Shown here: positions 48,874 through 58,845 of the stretch, one piece after another
How the letters are laid out: each line of letters starts with the position of its first letter
Numbering within the stretch: the first letter of the stretch is position 1
The notes under the pieces: generated by a model
What the model was told of the DNA's origin: nothing
The model's input: only the letters and a program-made list of their open reading frames with translations
Database searches by the model: none
Position numbers and translations under genes: made by a program
Assembly: GCA_947467145.1 (NCBI GenBank)
Contig: CANIGJ010000010.1
Coordinates: forward strand, 21,396-85,395
Direction: 5' to 3'
DNA from: Rhodospirillaceae bacterium
GTDB taxonomy: Bacteria; Pseudomonadota; Alphaproteobacteria; Rhodospirillales; UBA2165
Length of the DNA stretch: 64,000 nt

Positions 48874-50472
48874 ATGAGGAACAACGTGACGAAAAAGTAT
48901 CAGGTCGTCATCGTCGGCGGCGGTCCCGTCGGCGTGGGTTTGGCCGTCGATTTGGGCCTGCGTGGCATCTCCTGCTTGCTGATCGAGCGCCATCTGCAGC
49001 CGCAGCGCATTCCCAAGGGCCAAAGCCTGGGCCAGCGCACCCTCGAACATTTCCATTTTTGGGGGATCGAGAAGGAATTGCGCGCCGCGCGCGTCATGCC
49101 CAAGGAATATCCCATCGGCGGCCTGGCCGCCTGGGGCAACCTGATGAGCGACTATTGGTACGCGCCGCCGGGCCGCGAGGTCGTGCGGCGTCATTTCTAT
49201 CGCGACAACGAACGTCTGCCCCAATACCAGACCGAAGGCGTGCTGCGCGCGAAGATGGCGACGCTCCCATCGGTCGAAAGCCGCTTCGGCTGGATGATGG
49301 ACAAGATCGAGCAGGACGCGAACGGCGTGCGCGTGAGCCTGGCCGAACGCGATGGCGGCGCCAAGGAAACCGTGGAGGCGGATTACGTCGTCGGCTGCGA
49401 CGGTTCTCATTCTTCGGTGCGTGAACAGGTCGGCATCACGCGTGGCGGGGCGAACCACGATCAGGTGATGGTGTTGGCCGTGTTCCGTTCCAAGGAACTG
49501 CACGAAGGTTTGAAGCGCTTTCCCGAACGTTCGACCTATCGTGCGATGGACAAAGCGGCCAATGGCTATTGGCAATTTTTCGGCCGGGTCGATGTCGGCG
49601 AGGGCTTCTTCTTTCATGCCCCCGTGCCACCCGATACCACCAAGGACAATTACGATTTCCATGGGCTGCTGCAGAAGGTGGCAGGATTCAAATTCAAAGC
49701 CGAGTTCGATTATGTCGGTTTCTGGGACATGCGCATCGCGGTCGCGACGAGCTATCAGGTCGGCCGCGTCTTCATCGCAGGCGACGCCGCGCACAGCCAT
49801 CCGCCCTATGGCGGCTATGGCCTGAATAGCGGCTTGGAGGATGCGCGCAATCTCGGCTGGAAGCTGGCTGCCGTGCTGCAAGGTTGGGGCGGCGAGGAGC
49901 TGTTGCGGTCCTACAGCGACGAACGTCGCCTGATCTTTGAAGAGATCGGCCGCGATTTCATCGGCAAGCGCATCGAATTCGAGCGTGACTTCATGGCGAA
50001 ATACAGCCCTGAGAAAGACAAGGCCGAGTTCGAGCGCGAATGGGCCAAGATGAGCGAGAAGGGCGAGGAACGGGTTAGCGGGTACGAGCCGAACTACGAA
50101 GGTTCGACCGTCATCTGGGGGCCGGTGGGCGGTATCTCGACGGCGCACGGCAAACATATGATCAAGGCACGCGCCGGCCATCATCTGACCCCGCGCACGT
50201 TATCGTCGGGCCGCGACGTCTATGAGGAACTCGACAGCCGGTTTGCCCTGATCGCGCTCGATGTCGACGACGCTAAGGTCCGCGCTTTCGAAGCGGCGGC
50301 AAGCGCCAGCAAGATACTGCTGAAGGTCATTCGTGATAGCTATGCCGGTGGGCGCGAAGAGTACGAGAGCAAGCTGATCCTCGTGCGGCCCGATCAGTAT
50401 GTCGTCTGGACCGGCGATAGCTTGCCCGGCGATGCAGCGAAAATCATGACGAAGGTGGTGGGTTTGGGCTAA
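48874..50472 (+). CDS. FAD-dependent monooxygenase (PheA/TfdB family); GTG 48886 is an alternative start
   Basis: GGGPVG, VVGCDGSHS, GDAAHSHPPYGGYGLNSG, LVRPDQYV. Confidence 0.9.
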   Translation: MRNNVTKKYQVVIVGGGPVGVGLAVDLGLRGISCLLIERHLQPQRIPKGQSLGQRTLEHFHFWGIEKELRAARVMPKEYPIGGLAAWGNLMSDYWYAPPGREVVRRHFYRDNERLPQYQTEGVLRAKMATLPSVESRFGWMMDKIEQDANGVRVSLAERDGGAKETVEADYVVGCDGSHSSVREQVGITRGGANHDQVMVLAVFRSKELHEGLKRFPERSTYRAMDKAANGYWQFFGRVDVGEGFFFHAPVPPDTTKDNYDFHGLLQKVAGFKFKAEFDYVGFWDMRIAVATSYQVGRVFIAGDAAHSHPPYGGYGLNSGLEDARNLGWKLAAVLQGWGGEELLRSYSDERRLIFEEIGRDFIGKRIEFERDFMAKYSPEKDKAEFEREWAKMSEKGEERVSGYEPNYEGSTVIWGPVGGISTAHGKHMIKARAGHHLTPRTLSSGRDVYEELDSRFALIALDVDDAKVRAFEAAASASKILLKVIRDSYAGGREEYESKLILVRPDQYVVWTGDSLPGDAAKIMTKVVGLG

Positions 50473-50513
50473 TCTTCGCCATCACGCGAAAAATAGTCTT
50501 GGGGAGTCTGAAC

Positions 50514-52049
50514 GTGAAAAATACTCTGATGGTGGCCGCCGCCGTTGCGGCTGCGGCGTTGCTGGCTGCACCGGCCGTGGCCCAGAAGTCGAAAGATACG
50601 CTGCGCTTTCCGATCCTGGATGGCGAAACGATCCTCGATCAATATCTCTCGCCCGGCGCTTTCCATTACACCTGGGGACCTGCGGTTTATGACAGCCTCG
50701 TCGGCTTCGATCCGCAGAAGGGCGAATTCCAGCCGTTCCTGGCCAAGTCCTGGTCGCAGCCGAATTCGACGACCTACGAATATGTGCTGCGTGAGGACAT
50801 CAAATGGCATGACGGCCAGGCGTTCGATGCCGATGACGTCGTCTATACGCTGAACTACCTGACCGACCCGAAGGTCAATCTGCGCTATAAGGCGCAGTGG
50901 GCTTGGATCGACAAGGTTGAGAAATTGGGTCCTTACAAGGTCCGCGTCACGGCGAAGAAGCCGGCGGCCGACGGCCTCATGTGGATGTCCAACAGCACCA
51001 CGATTTTTCCCGAGCATGTGCATGGCCCGCTTGAGAACAAGCAGGATTTTGGTGCGCGTCCGGTGGGGACTGGCCCGTACAAGGTCACCAGGCTCGATAA
51101 GAACGCCGGTATCTTTCTGGACAAGAATCCGAACTTTGTCGTCACCCCCGCGAAAAGTGCGGCAACGATCGGCAAGGTGATCGGCGAACCGATCCCGGAC
51201 GCCGGCACGCTCGTCGCGGCCTTGCTCGTCGGCAAAGCCGATCTTGCGTTCGATGTTCCGGTCGATCAGGCGGCCGAGCTGCGCGCCACCGGCCGCTTCG
51301 AAAGCACACTGGCGCCGGCGGCGGTCGCCTATAGCTTTGTTGGCTTCCCGACGGCGGCGTGGCCGAACGCAAAGCCGCTCACCGATGCGCGCGTGCGCCG
51401 CGCCATCGCTATGGCGATCGACACGAAAGCTTTGATCGATGTGCAATATGGCGAGCTCGGCCGTTCGATCAAACCGACCGACGGGCTGTGTTCCAAGGAA
51501 CAATTGGGTTGCGGCTTCACCAAGCTAAAGCCGGCTTACGATCCGGCGGGCGCCAAGAAGTTGTTGGCCGAGGCCGGGTATGCCGATGGGTTCGACATCG
51601 TCATCAGCACGCATCCGACCTCAGTCGTACCGGCGACGGCGGTTTCCGGCATGTTGCGCGCCGTTGGCATCCGCGCCAGCGTGCAGCCGCACCAGATCGT
51701 CCAGCGTGTGCAGCTGATCAATTCCGGCAAGGTCCAGGTCGGCTTCTACGGTTGGAGCGGCGGCGCGCTCTTCGAGACATCGGGCAATATCGTGCGGCAC
51801 GTGGGCAGCAAGGAATATGACGATCCGACCTTGGCCGAAATGGCGAACGCGACCTTCAGCATCATGAACGATGCGGAGCGTCGTAAGGAAGTCGCGAAGG
51901 TCTTCGACTACATCCACGACAAGGCCTATGCCTTCCCGATGGTGCCGCTGCGCTCGATCTACACCCACACGAAAGAGGTGAAGCTCGACGTGACGGACGA
52001 GATTCGCGAATCCCAACTGCCCAGCGTTCATGAGTTCGCCTGGAAGTAG
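50514..52049 (+). CDS. ABC transporter substrate-binding protein (SBP_bac_5), orphan; paralog of 19116 and 23510
   Basis: Signal peptide; LREDIKWHDG; PVGTGPY; KEQLGCG; ends HEFAWK. Confidence 0.9.
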   Translation: MKNTLMVAAAVAAAALLAAPAVAQKSKDTLRFPILDGETILDQYLSPGAFHYTWGPAVYDSLVGFDPQKGEFQPFLAKSWSQPNSTTYEYVLREDIKWHDGQAFDADDVVYTLNYLTDPKVNLRYKAQWAWIDKVEKLGPYKVRVTAKKPAADGLMWMSNSTTIFPEHVHGPLENKQDFGARPVGTGPYKVTRLDKNAGIFLDKNPNFVVTPAKSAATIGKVIGEPIPDAGTLVAALLVGKADLAFDVPVDQAAELRATGRFESTLAPAAVAYSFVGFPTAAWPNAKPLTDARVRRAIAMAIDTKALIDVQYGELGRSIKPTDGLCSKEQLGCGFTKLKPAYDPAGAKKLLAEAGYADGFDIVISTHPTSVVPATAVSGMLRAVGIRASVQPHQIVQRVQLINSGKVQVGFYGWSGGALFETSGNIVRHVGSKEYDDPTLAEMANATFSIMNDAERRKEVAKVFDYIHDKAYAFPMVPLRSIYTHTKEVKLDVTDEIRESQLPSVHEFAWK

Positions 52050-52066
52050 GTCTAAGAGCGCTTCTG

Positions 52067-52100
52067 AAAGGGCGTCGATCTGACCGGTCGGCGCCCTTTT
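52067..52100. terminator. Intrinsic terminator, probably bidirectional
   Basis: AAAGGGCGTCGATC...GGTCGGCGCCCTTTT. Confidence 0.75.
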
Positions 52101-52135
52101 GCTTTTAGGGTCATGTTCTCACCTGAACCATGTTT

Positions 52136-53122
52136 CTACCCCTCGACGGCGAGTTTCGTTGCTGTGGCGTTTGCGTTAGTCGACCGCTCGGAATCGGTAT
52201 CCGCGGATGGCTTCGCCTCCGGCAACGTGGCGGGCTGCATGGGGCTCGATCCGCTAGCCTGCGGCTTTCCGGGATGCCAATGCATATATTCCGTGGCGTT
52301 CCCGATCTTCGAGTTTTGCGCGCGACAGCGCCAGGAATAGCCGAAGCCCGGGCAATTCTCGATTTCGGTGAAATTCGGATCGATCGCGCGAAAACGGTCT
52401 CGAATCTTGCGGATCAAGGAGCGGACATTGATCCGATATCCCTGCGGTCCTTCGCCGGCAAAAAAACCGCTGCCGTGAACCATATCGTAGATTTCGCGGT
52501 ACGAAATTCGCTCACCCATTCGGCAGGCGAGAAGTCGCACGATCTTGAATTCGGTCACCGTCAACGGGACTTCGCTCCCGCTCCATGATGCGCGATGGCT
52601 GCGCAACTTGATCTCGAGTGCGCCGATGCTGATGACGTCGGCGGTTGATCCCGCCAAGGTCGTTTTGGCGCGCGCGCCGTCCACGAGAAGTCCGAGCCGA
52701 CGTGAGACGATCGAGAAGCGCCGGGATTTGCCGAAGTATTCCGCCGCACCTTGTTCAAGTGCACGATCTTCCTGCGCTTGATCGGCATTGGTGGAGCACA
52801 ACGCGATCGGGGTACGGACACCGAGGCTACGCAATTTCAGGAATAGGTCGATGCCGACCGTCTGCGGTGGATCGACATCGATCAGGATCGTGTCGACGGG
52901 CGTATCGCCGATGATAAATTGGAAGGCAGGCCCAAAGTCATCGAACTCTTCTACCGTATAGCCTTGTGCACGTAAGTACGCGATGAGGGCCGCTCGATAC
53001 GTGTCGTCCGGATGTACGACGACAATTCTAGGTGCCGCATCGGCAGATCTAAGCTCGGGCAATCCGTCTTTTCTATTGATCGTTGTCCTGGGTGGGAAGA
53101 GCGATGTGTCCATCATTTCCAT
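52136..53122 (-). CDS. OmpR-family response regulator, ChvI-like, orphan, with atypical receiver
   Basis: LTVTEFKIV...NVRSLIRKIRDRFRAIDPNFTEIEN.PGFGYSW winged helix; receiver retains Asp (LIDVD) and Lys (YFGKS). Confidence 0.85.
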   Translation of the reverse strand: MEMMDTSLFPPRTTINRKDGLPELRSADAAPRIVVVHPDDTYRAALIAYLRAQGYTVEEFDDFGPAFQFIIGDTPVDTILIDVDPPQTVGIDLFLKLRSLGVRTPIALCSTNADQAQEDRALEQGAAEYFGKSRRFSIVSRRLGLLVDGARAKTTLAGSTADVISIGALEIKLRSHRASWSGSEVPLTVTEFKIVRLLACRMGERISYREIYDMVHGSGFFAGEGPQGYRINVRSLIRKIRDRFRAIDPNFTEIENCPGFGYSWRCRAQNSKIGNATEYMHWHPGKPQASGSSPMQPATLPEAKPSADTDSERSTNANATATKLAVEG

Positions 53123-53791
53123 CCATCTTTATTTTATAGTTTCCCTCGTCGTTGCTCGTGTCTCCCAGAAATGGCCGTCGTGCGTTTCGCCAGAGCATTA
53201 TTTTTTGTTATCACGTATCTGTCGCCACGCGATCGAGGTATCTCTTGCCGTGATCAAACGGAGGCCCCGTTTGTGCGTGTGCCAGTGTTGAAGAGAATGT
53301 TGGCAAGAATGCGGCTGTACATCTGCGCTCGAGCCAGAAGATCCATATTTGACCTATAGACTTCATCGGTGCTGTGGCATTTGCTCGGCGATCTGTAAGT
53401 TATGCAAAATCGTGAATAAATACGCGCCAAGATTGTGGATATAACTCTGGACAGTCCTGGACAAAATCCTGGGCCTCGACGTAATCGCCGATCAGCGATG
53501 TTGCTGAGGGCCGTCGCCAAGATCCTCATCCCTTCATCGGGTTACGTCGTAAAAGTCAGGAATCTCCCTCCGTAGTGCGGAGACGCGTAGAGCGAGAGTA
53601 AGACGGGTGCTTTCGTGGGGGTGTGGCAAAAGTGGAACTTTTTTTGGCCCGCCATTTACATCGCGACCCGTTCATATATACGGGCGGCAAAGTTGTGCCA
53701 CTTTCCGTAACTGGCCGCATACTTTGCCGTTACTTTTCGTTTAAATGACTCTGTATAGTCTGACCTATAGGGAGCCTCTCGGAGACCAATC

Positions 53792-54241
53792 ATGGCCAAA
53801 CCGGCCCGTGCCTCACGCGGAAGAAGCCTCGGCGTCACGCAAATTGCTGCCAACCCAAGCCGCGGCGCGGAGCGCGCCCAGCTCACTCTGCGGGTCGATT
53901 TCGGCCCGTACGGAGCGCTTGGGCCGGGTAAGATCAAACTGCTCGAACTCATCGAGCGCGATGGCTCGATCACGGCCGCCGGCAAAAGCATGGATATGTC
54001 CTATCGCCGCGCCTGGCTGCTGGTGAACAGCATCAACGAGATGTTCGACGAGCCTGCGGTGGCAAAGCAGCATGGCGGCTCCGGCGGCGGTAACGCCGTG
54101 CTGACCAAGTTCGGCCAGAAACTGGTCGCGCATTATCGCGATATGGAACGTGAAGCGCAGGCCGCGGTGAGCCCGCGCCTGCGGGCATTGCAGAAATCGC
54201 TCGCCGCGTCGCCGCCGGCGCAAGCGGGCGAAACCGACTGA
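53792..54241 (+). CDS. modE: Molybdenum regulator ModE (HTH only, no TOBE domains)
   Basis: LGPGKIKLLELI..GSITAAGKSMDMSYRRAW..GGSGGGNAVLT; upstream of modABC. Confidence 0.88.
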   Translation: MAKPARASRGRSLGVTQIAANPSRGAERAQLTLRVDFGPYGALGPGKIKLLELIERDGSITAAGKSMDMSYRRAWLLVNSINEMFDEPAVAKQHGGSGGGNAVLTKFGQKLVAHYRDMEREAQAAVSPRLRALQKSLAASPPAQAGETD

Positions 54242-54253
54242 TCTTTCCTTGAG

Positions 54254-54309
54254 CGAAATATCTGGACAGATATGTCGATTCAACATATTCCATTGGATAT
54301 GTTGAATCG
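54254..54309. promoter_or_regulatory. Tandem ModE-type boxes upstream of modA
   Basis: CGAAATAT-N8-ATATGTCG (54254-54277) and CAACATAT-N8-ATATGTTG (54281-54304); the second lies within a perfect 13-bp inverted repeat. Confidence 0.7.
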
Positions 54310-54314
54310 CTGAG

Positions 54315-55079
54315 GTGACGTTCATGACCGTTTGGAATCGTTTTGCCGGATTGGCGTCGGCTGTCGCGCTGTCGATTGCGTTGCTGCCCGGTGCGCAGGC
54401 TGCCGACGTCAATATCGCCGTAGCGGCGAACTTCACCGACGCGGTCAAGGAAATCGGCACGGCCTGGGAAAAGACGTCCGGCCTTAAGGCAGTCTTCAGC
54501 TTCGGCGCGACCGGCGCGCTCTTCACCCAGATCAGCCAGGGCGCCCCGTTCGAGGTGTTTCTGTCCGCCGACCAGGCGACCGTGACGAAGGCGGGCGCCG
54601 AAGGCCACGCTGTTGCGTCGACGCAATATACTTACGCCATCGGCAAGCTCGTTCTGTTCAGCAAGAACAAGGACGCGGTGAAGGGTGAGCAAACCCTGAA
54701 GGACGCGAAGTTCGATAAGATCTCTATCGCGGCCCCGAACGCAGCCCCCTATGGCGCGGCGGCGGTTGAGACCATGAAAGCGCTCGGCGTGTATGAGAAG
54801 CTGCGGCCGAAGATCGTCGAAGGCCAGAACATCACACAGGCCTATCAGTTTGTTGAGACGGGCAATGCCGAGGTCGGCTTCATCGCTTTGTCGCAGATTG
54901 TCACCAACACCGATGGATCGCGCTGGCTGGTTGATCAGAAGTACTACACACCGATCAAGCAGGACGCGGTTCTGACCAAAAAGGGCGAATCGGCGGCTGC
55001 GGCGAGAGACTTCCTGGCTTTCCTGCGGGGGCCTGAAGCCAAGGCCGTGAAAGAAAAGTTCGGCTACGCGGCCGACTAG
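54315..55079 (+). CDS. modA: Molybdate ABC transporter substrate-binding protein (ATG 54324 is an alternative start)
   Basis: AVAANF, SFGATG, GAPFEVFLSAD, APYGAAA, PIKQDAVL. Confidence 0.93.
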   Translation: MTFMTVWNRFAGLASAVALSIALLPGAQAADVNIAVAANFTDAVKEIGTAWEKTSGLKAVFSFGATGALFTQISQGAPFEVFLSADQATVTKAGAEGHAVASTQYTYAIGKLVLFSKNKDAVKGEQTLKDAKFDKISIAAPNAAPYGAAAVETMKALGVYEKLRPKIVEGQNITQAYQFVETGNAEVGFIALSQIVTNTDGSRWLVDQKYYTPIKQDAVLTKKGESAAAARDFLAFLRGPEAKAVKEKFGYAAD

Positions 55080-55094
55080 GTTAATCTGCGGCCG

Positions 55095-55778
55095 ATGTTC
55101 GAACTTTCGGAACTTTGGCCGCCGATCCGGCTGACTTTGACCTTGGCGGCGATCGCGACGGTGACGTTGTTGATCGTCGGTACGCCCATTGCCTGGTGGC
55201 TGGCGCGCTCTAAAGCGAAATGGAAAGAGGCAGTGGCCACCGTGGTGGCGCTGCCTCTTGTTTTGCCGCCGACCGTGATCGGTTTTTATCTGCTGATTTT
55301 TCTCGGGCCGAACGGCCCGGGCGGCGCCATCGCTGGTCTGTGGGGCGGGCGTACGCTGGCTTTCACGTTCGAGGCGCTAATCCTGGGCTCGGTGCTCTAT
55401 TCCATGCCCTTCGTGGTGCAGCCCATCCGTAATGCGTTCGAAGCGTTCGGCGAACGCCCGTTGGAAGCGGCAGCGACCTTGCGCGCAACGCCGTGGAATA
55501 CCTTCTGGACCGTCGCGGTTCCGCTGGCGCGGCCGGGCTTCATGACCGGCGCGGTGCTTGGTTTTGCGCATACGGTCGGCGAATTCGGCGTCGTGCTAAT
55601 GATCGGCGGCAATATCCCGGGTCAAACGAAGGTCCTGTCCATCGCGATCTATGATTATGTCGAGACCTTGCGCTGGGCCCAGGCGCATATCCTGGCCGGC
55701 GGCATGCTGATCTTCGCCTTCGTAGTGATATTGAGCATGCTCGTGCTCGAAAAGCGGATCGGCAAACTGAAACAATGA
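55095..55778 (+). CDS. modB: Molybdate ABC transporter permease
   Basis: [30 protein letters not shown]. Confidence 0.95.
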   Translation: MFELSELWPPIRLTLTLAAIATVTLLIVGTPIAWWLARSKAKWKEAVATVVALPLVLPPTVIGFYLLIFLGPNGPGGAIAGLWGGRTLAFTFEALILGSVLYSMPFVVQPIRNAFEAFGERPLEAAATLRATPWNTFWTVAVPLARPGFMTGAVLGFAHTVGEFGVVLMIGGNIPGQTKVLSIAIYDYVETLRWAQAHILAGGMLIFAFVVILSMLVLEKRIGKLKQ

Positions 55779-56908
55779 ACGTCGATCCGGTCATCGCCGC
55801 GCGCTTCGCGGGCACCTTAGGTGCGTTCGACATTGATGTGACCATCAATGCACCGATGCAGGGTGTCACCGCGCTGTTCGGCCCGTCGGGTTGCGGCAAG
55901 ACGACGATCCTGCGCTGCATCGCCGGATTGCAGCGTTTGCCCGGAACGTTGAGTGTCGGCGGCGAGGTCTGGCAGGACGAGGCACTTGGCCTGTTTCGTC
56001 CGCCGCATGAACGTCCCGTCGGTTATGTATTCCAGGAGGCGAGCCTGTTCGCGCATCTATCGGTGCGGGCCAATCTGTTGTTCGGGCATGCCCGCGCGAT
56101 GAAGGCGGGCGCACGCGAGGTCATCCGTCTGGACGATGTGGTCGAATTGTTGGGGATCGGACATCTGCTCGATCGCGCACCGGGAAATCTGTCGGGCGGC
56201 GAGCGTCAACGCGTCGCGGTCGGTCGCGCATTGCTGTCGCAGCCGCGCCTGCTGCTGATGGATGAACCATTGTCCGCGCTCGATCGGATCACCAAGGACG
56301 AGATCCTGCCCTATTTCGAGGCCCTGCACGAGAACCTCTCCATCCCCGTGATCTATGTCAGTCACGACATCACGGAGATCGAACGTCTGGCCGACCGCCT
56401 GGTCTTGCTGGAACGCGGCCGCGTGCTGGCGAACGGATTGCTGTCGGATCTCGAAGCCGATCCGGCCTTGCCGCTGGTCCATGCGCCTGAGGCGGCGGTG
56501 ATCCTGGAAGGGACTGTGGCGACCATCGACGAGGCCTATGGCCTGACGACCGTGTCTGTCGCGGGTGGCGCGGTGGTCGTCCCGGGCCGGCGTGGACCGG
56601 TCGGGGCTGCGCGCCGGCTGCGCATCGGCGCTTCGGATGTCAGCTTCATACGCGAACAGCCGACCGCTACGACGATCCTGAATTGCCTACCAGTCGAGAT
56701 CCTATCGGTGACACCGCAAGACGGCGCGGCTATCCAGATGAATATCGTCGCGCGCTTAAGTAACGACAAATCCGGCGCCCGCATTGTGGCCCGCGTCACC
56801 CGCAAATCCCAGGAGGTCTTGGGTTTGGCGCCCGGCGTGCGCGTCTTTGCACAGATCAAGAGCGTGGCCCTTATCGCCGGTGCCACCGGCCGCCCCGACA
56901 GGTCCTGA
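55775..56908 (+). CDS. modC: Molybdate ABC transporter ATP-binding protein
   Basis: [25 protein letters not shown]-terminal TOBE ending AQIKSVAL. Confidence 0.95.
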   Translation: MNVDPVIAARFAGTLGAFDIDVTINAPMQGVTALFGPSGCGKTTILRCIAGLQRLPGTLSVGGEVWQDEALGLFRPPHERPVGYVFQEASLFAHLSVRANLLFGHARAMKAGAREVIRLDDVVELLGIGHLLDRAPGNLSGGERQRVAVGRALLSQPRLLLMDEPLSALDRITKDEILPYFEALHENLSIPVIYVSHDITEIERLADRLVLLERGRVLANGLLSDLEADPALPLVHAPEAAVILEGTVATIDEAYGLTTVSVAGGAVVVPGRRGPVGAARRLRIGASDVSFIREQPTATTILNCLPVEILSVTPQDGAAIQMNIVARLSNDKSGARIVARVTRKSQEVLGLAPGVRVFAQIKSVALIAGATGRPDRS

Positions 56909-56998
56909 TCCCCCAGGCGCCAACCGTCCAGGGATTGCGCGCGCCCGCCCGGCATGCGACTACGGAGTACATTAAAAACCCTAGGGGAGGGCCTGACG

Positions 56999-57769
56999 AT
57001 GGCGACCGATATCAGCGTGCTCAAAGACGATCTTGTAACCGCGAACCATATCCTGGCGGAACATCATGTCGTCGATTCCTTCGGGCATGTGTCGGTGCGC
57101 AATCCCGAAAACCCCAAGCACTACTTCCTGTCGCGTGCGCGGGCACCGCATTGCGTCGAGATCGGCGACATCACCGAATTCACCTATGAGGGTGCGATCG
57201 TCGGGCGCGAACCTGGACGGCCCTATTCCGAACGCTTCATCCATGGCGCGATCTACGAGGCGCGCCCCGATGTGATGGCGATCGTGCACAACCATAGCCC
57301 GAACGTCGTGCCCTTCACGGTGCAGAAGAAAAGGAAGCTGGTTCCGATCATGCATATGTCGGCGCCCATCGGCAGCGACATTCCGAACTGGGACATCGCC
57401 AACAAGTTCGGCACGACCAACCTCCTCGTCACCTCGATGGATATGGGCCGCGATCTCGCCGGCTTCCTTGGGGCACGCCCCGTCTCGCTGATGCGCGGAC
57501 ATGGCTGCGTGATCGCCGCGAAGGCACTGCGCGATGTCGTCTTCACCTCCATCTATATGGAGATCAACGCCGAGATGTTGACCAAAGCCTATGCGTTGGG
57601 CGACGGCGACGTGCAGCCGATGAGCGATGGCGAAGTGCAGGCGAACGCCGGTGCGCGCGCGGGCTTCACCATCGAACGCGGTTGGGAAAATTGGTGCCGC
57701 GAGGTCAATCGCCCATACTACGCCCAGGAATGGAACATGGGCGCGGGCTTCTCCAAGACCGACAAATAA
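56999..57769 (+). CDS. Class II aldolase/adducin family protein (decarboxylase-type subfamily)
   Basis: ANHIL..VVDSFGHVSVR, SERFIHGAIY, HNHS, LMRGHG; GGAGG RBS. Confidence 0.85.
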   Translation: MATDISVLKDDLVTANHILAEHHVVDSFGHVSVRNPENPKHYFLSRARAPHCVEIGDITEFTYEGAIVGREPGRPYSERFIHGAIYEARPDVMAIVHNHSPNVVPFTVQKKRKLVPIMHMSAPIGSDIPNWDIANKFGTTNLLVTSMDMGRDLAGFLGARPVSLMRGHGCVIAAKALRDVVFTSIYMEINAEMLTKAYALGDGDVQPMSDGEVQANAGARAGFTIERGWENWCREVNRPYYAQEWNMGAGFSKTDK

Positions 57770-57775
57770 CTTTTA

Positions 57776-58723
57776 TTACTTGAGACCCGGCAGCAGGCGC
57801 AGGGCATTATCGCGCTCGATCGCCTGCAGGTCGGCCGCGCTCAGGCCCAGCTTCTGTAGGCCCTCGACTGTTGCCGTCGTCGTCGGTTCGGGCGCGAACG
57901 GATAGTCGCTGCCGAACAGCACTTGCGACACCTTCACCAGTTCCAACAGCGATTTAAACGCATAGGAATTGGCAGACAGCGCCGTGTCGTAGAACAGTTT
58001 CTGGAATTCCGGGATCACGCCGTTCGGTACCTTCGCTTTGAAGTCGGGCCGTGCGGTCAGGCGCGAGATGCGCTCGGCCAGGAACGGCACCGCGCCGCCG
58101 GCATGCGAAAAGATGAACTTGATGTCCGGGCAGCGCGCCAACGTGCCGCTATAAAGCAGACTGGTCACCGCGCGCGTCGTATCGAATGGAAATTCGAGGG
58201 TCGCCGACGGAATCTCGCCGAGACACGTGCTGCATGGCGACGTGTTGGGATGGAAGAAGACGACGGCCTTACGGCGATTCAGCTCGTCGAACACCGGCGC
58301 GAAGGCGGCGTCGCCCGGATATTTTCCTTCGTAATTGGTCATGAGCCCGAAGCCGTCGGCCTTCAGCACATCCATCGCATATTCGATCTCGCGCAGGCTG
58401 CCGTCGATGTTGGGCAATGGCAGGGCGGCGAAGACGCCGAAGCGGCCTTTGAAATCGCTGCGCATCTGGCCCGCATATTCATTGCAATGACGGGTCAGAT
58501 CGAGCGTCTGTTGAACGTCGTTGAACCACAGGCCCGGGCAGGACATCGACGTCACCGATTTCTCGATGCCATGCTTGTCCATCACCTCGACCGAGAGCGC
58601 CGGATTCCAGACCGGCGTCTTGCCCGATACCAGCAGCGGCCCGATCCGGTTGTCGCCGGCTTCCTGAACCCAGCGCGGCGGCAGAATGTGGTGATGGACG
58701 TCGATGCGGTGCGGAGCAGCCAT
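57776..58723 (-). CDS. Amidohydrolase-family enzyme (decarboxylase-like), paralog of 2341..3321
   Basis: IDVHHH, FFHP, DTTRA, SHAGG, FGSDYPF. Confidence 0.85.
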   Translation of the reverse strand: MAAPHRIDVHHHILPPRWVQEAGDNRIGPLLVSGKTPVWNPALSVEVMDKHGIEKSVTSMSCPGLWFNDVQQTLDLTRHCNEYAGQMRSDFKGRFGVFAALPLPNIDGSLREIEYAMDVLKADGFGLMTNYEGKYPGDAAFAPVFDELNRRKAVVFFHPNTSPCSTCLGEIPSATLEFPFDTTRAVTSLLYSGTLARCPDIKFIFSHAGGAVPFLAERISRLTARPDFKAKVPNGVIPEFQKLFYDTALSANSYAFKSLLELVKVSQVLFGSDYPFAPEPTTTATVEGLQKLGLSAADLQAIERDNALRLLPGLK

Positions 58724-58786
58724 TTTCTTAAGCCTTCCCTGGATTTAGATCGTGAAAACTTCATAAGCGACGCAGCGTGTGCGCTC

Positions 58787-58820
58787 AAACGAAAACGGCC
58801 ACCCTCGCGGACGGCCGTTT
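58787..58820 (-). terminator. Intrinsic terminator downstream of the Rieske gene
   Basis: Minus strand reads AAACGGCC...GGCCGTTTTCGTTT. Confidence 0.65.
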
Positions 58821-58845
58821 CATAAGCTTTAACGCGCTGAGCGGA

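Noticed and set aside
53520-53790. Possible Moco riboswitch or sigma-54 promoter upstream of modE
   Set aside because: No recognisable Moco consensus; the TGGC...TTGC candidates have 9 or 11 nt between GG and GC rather than the required 10.
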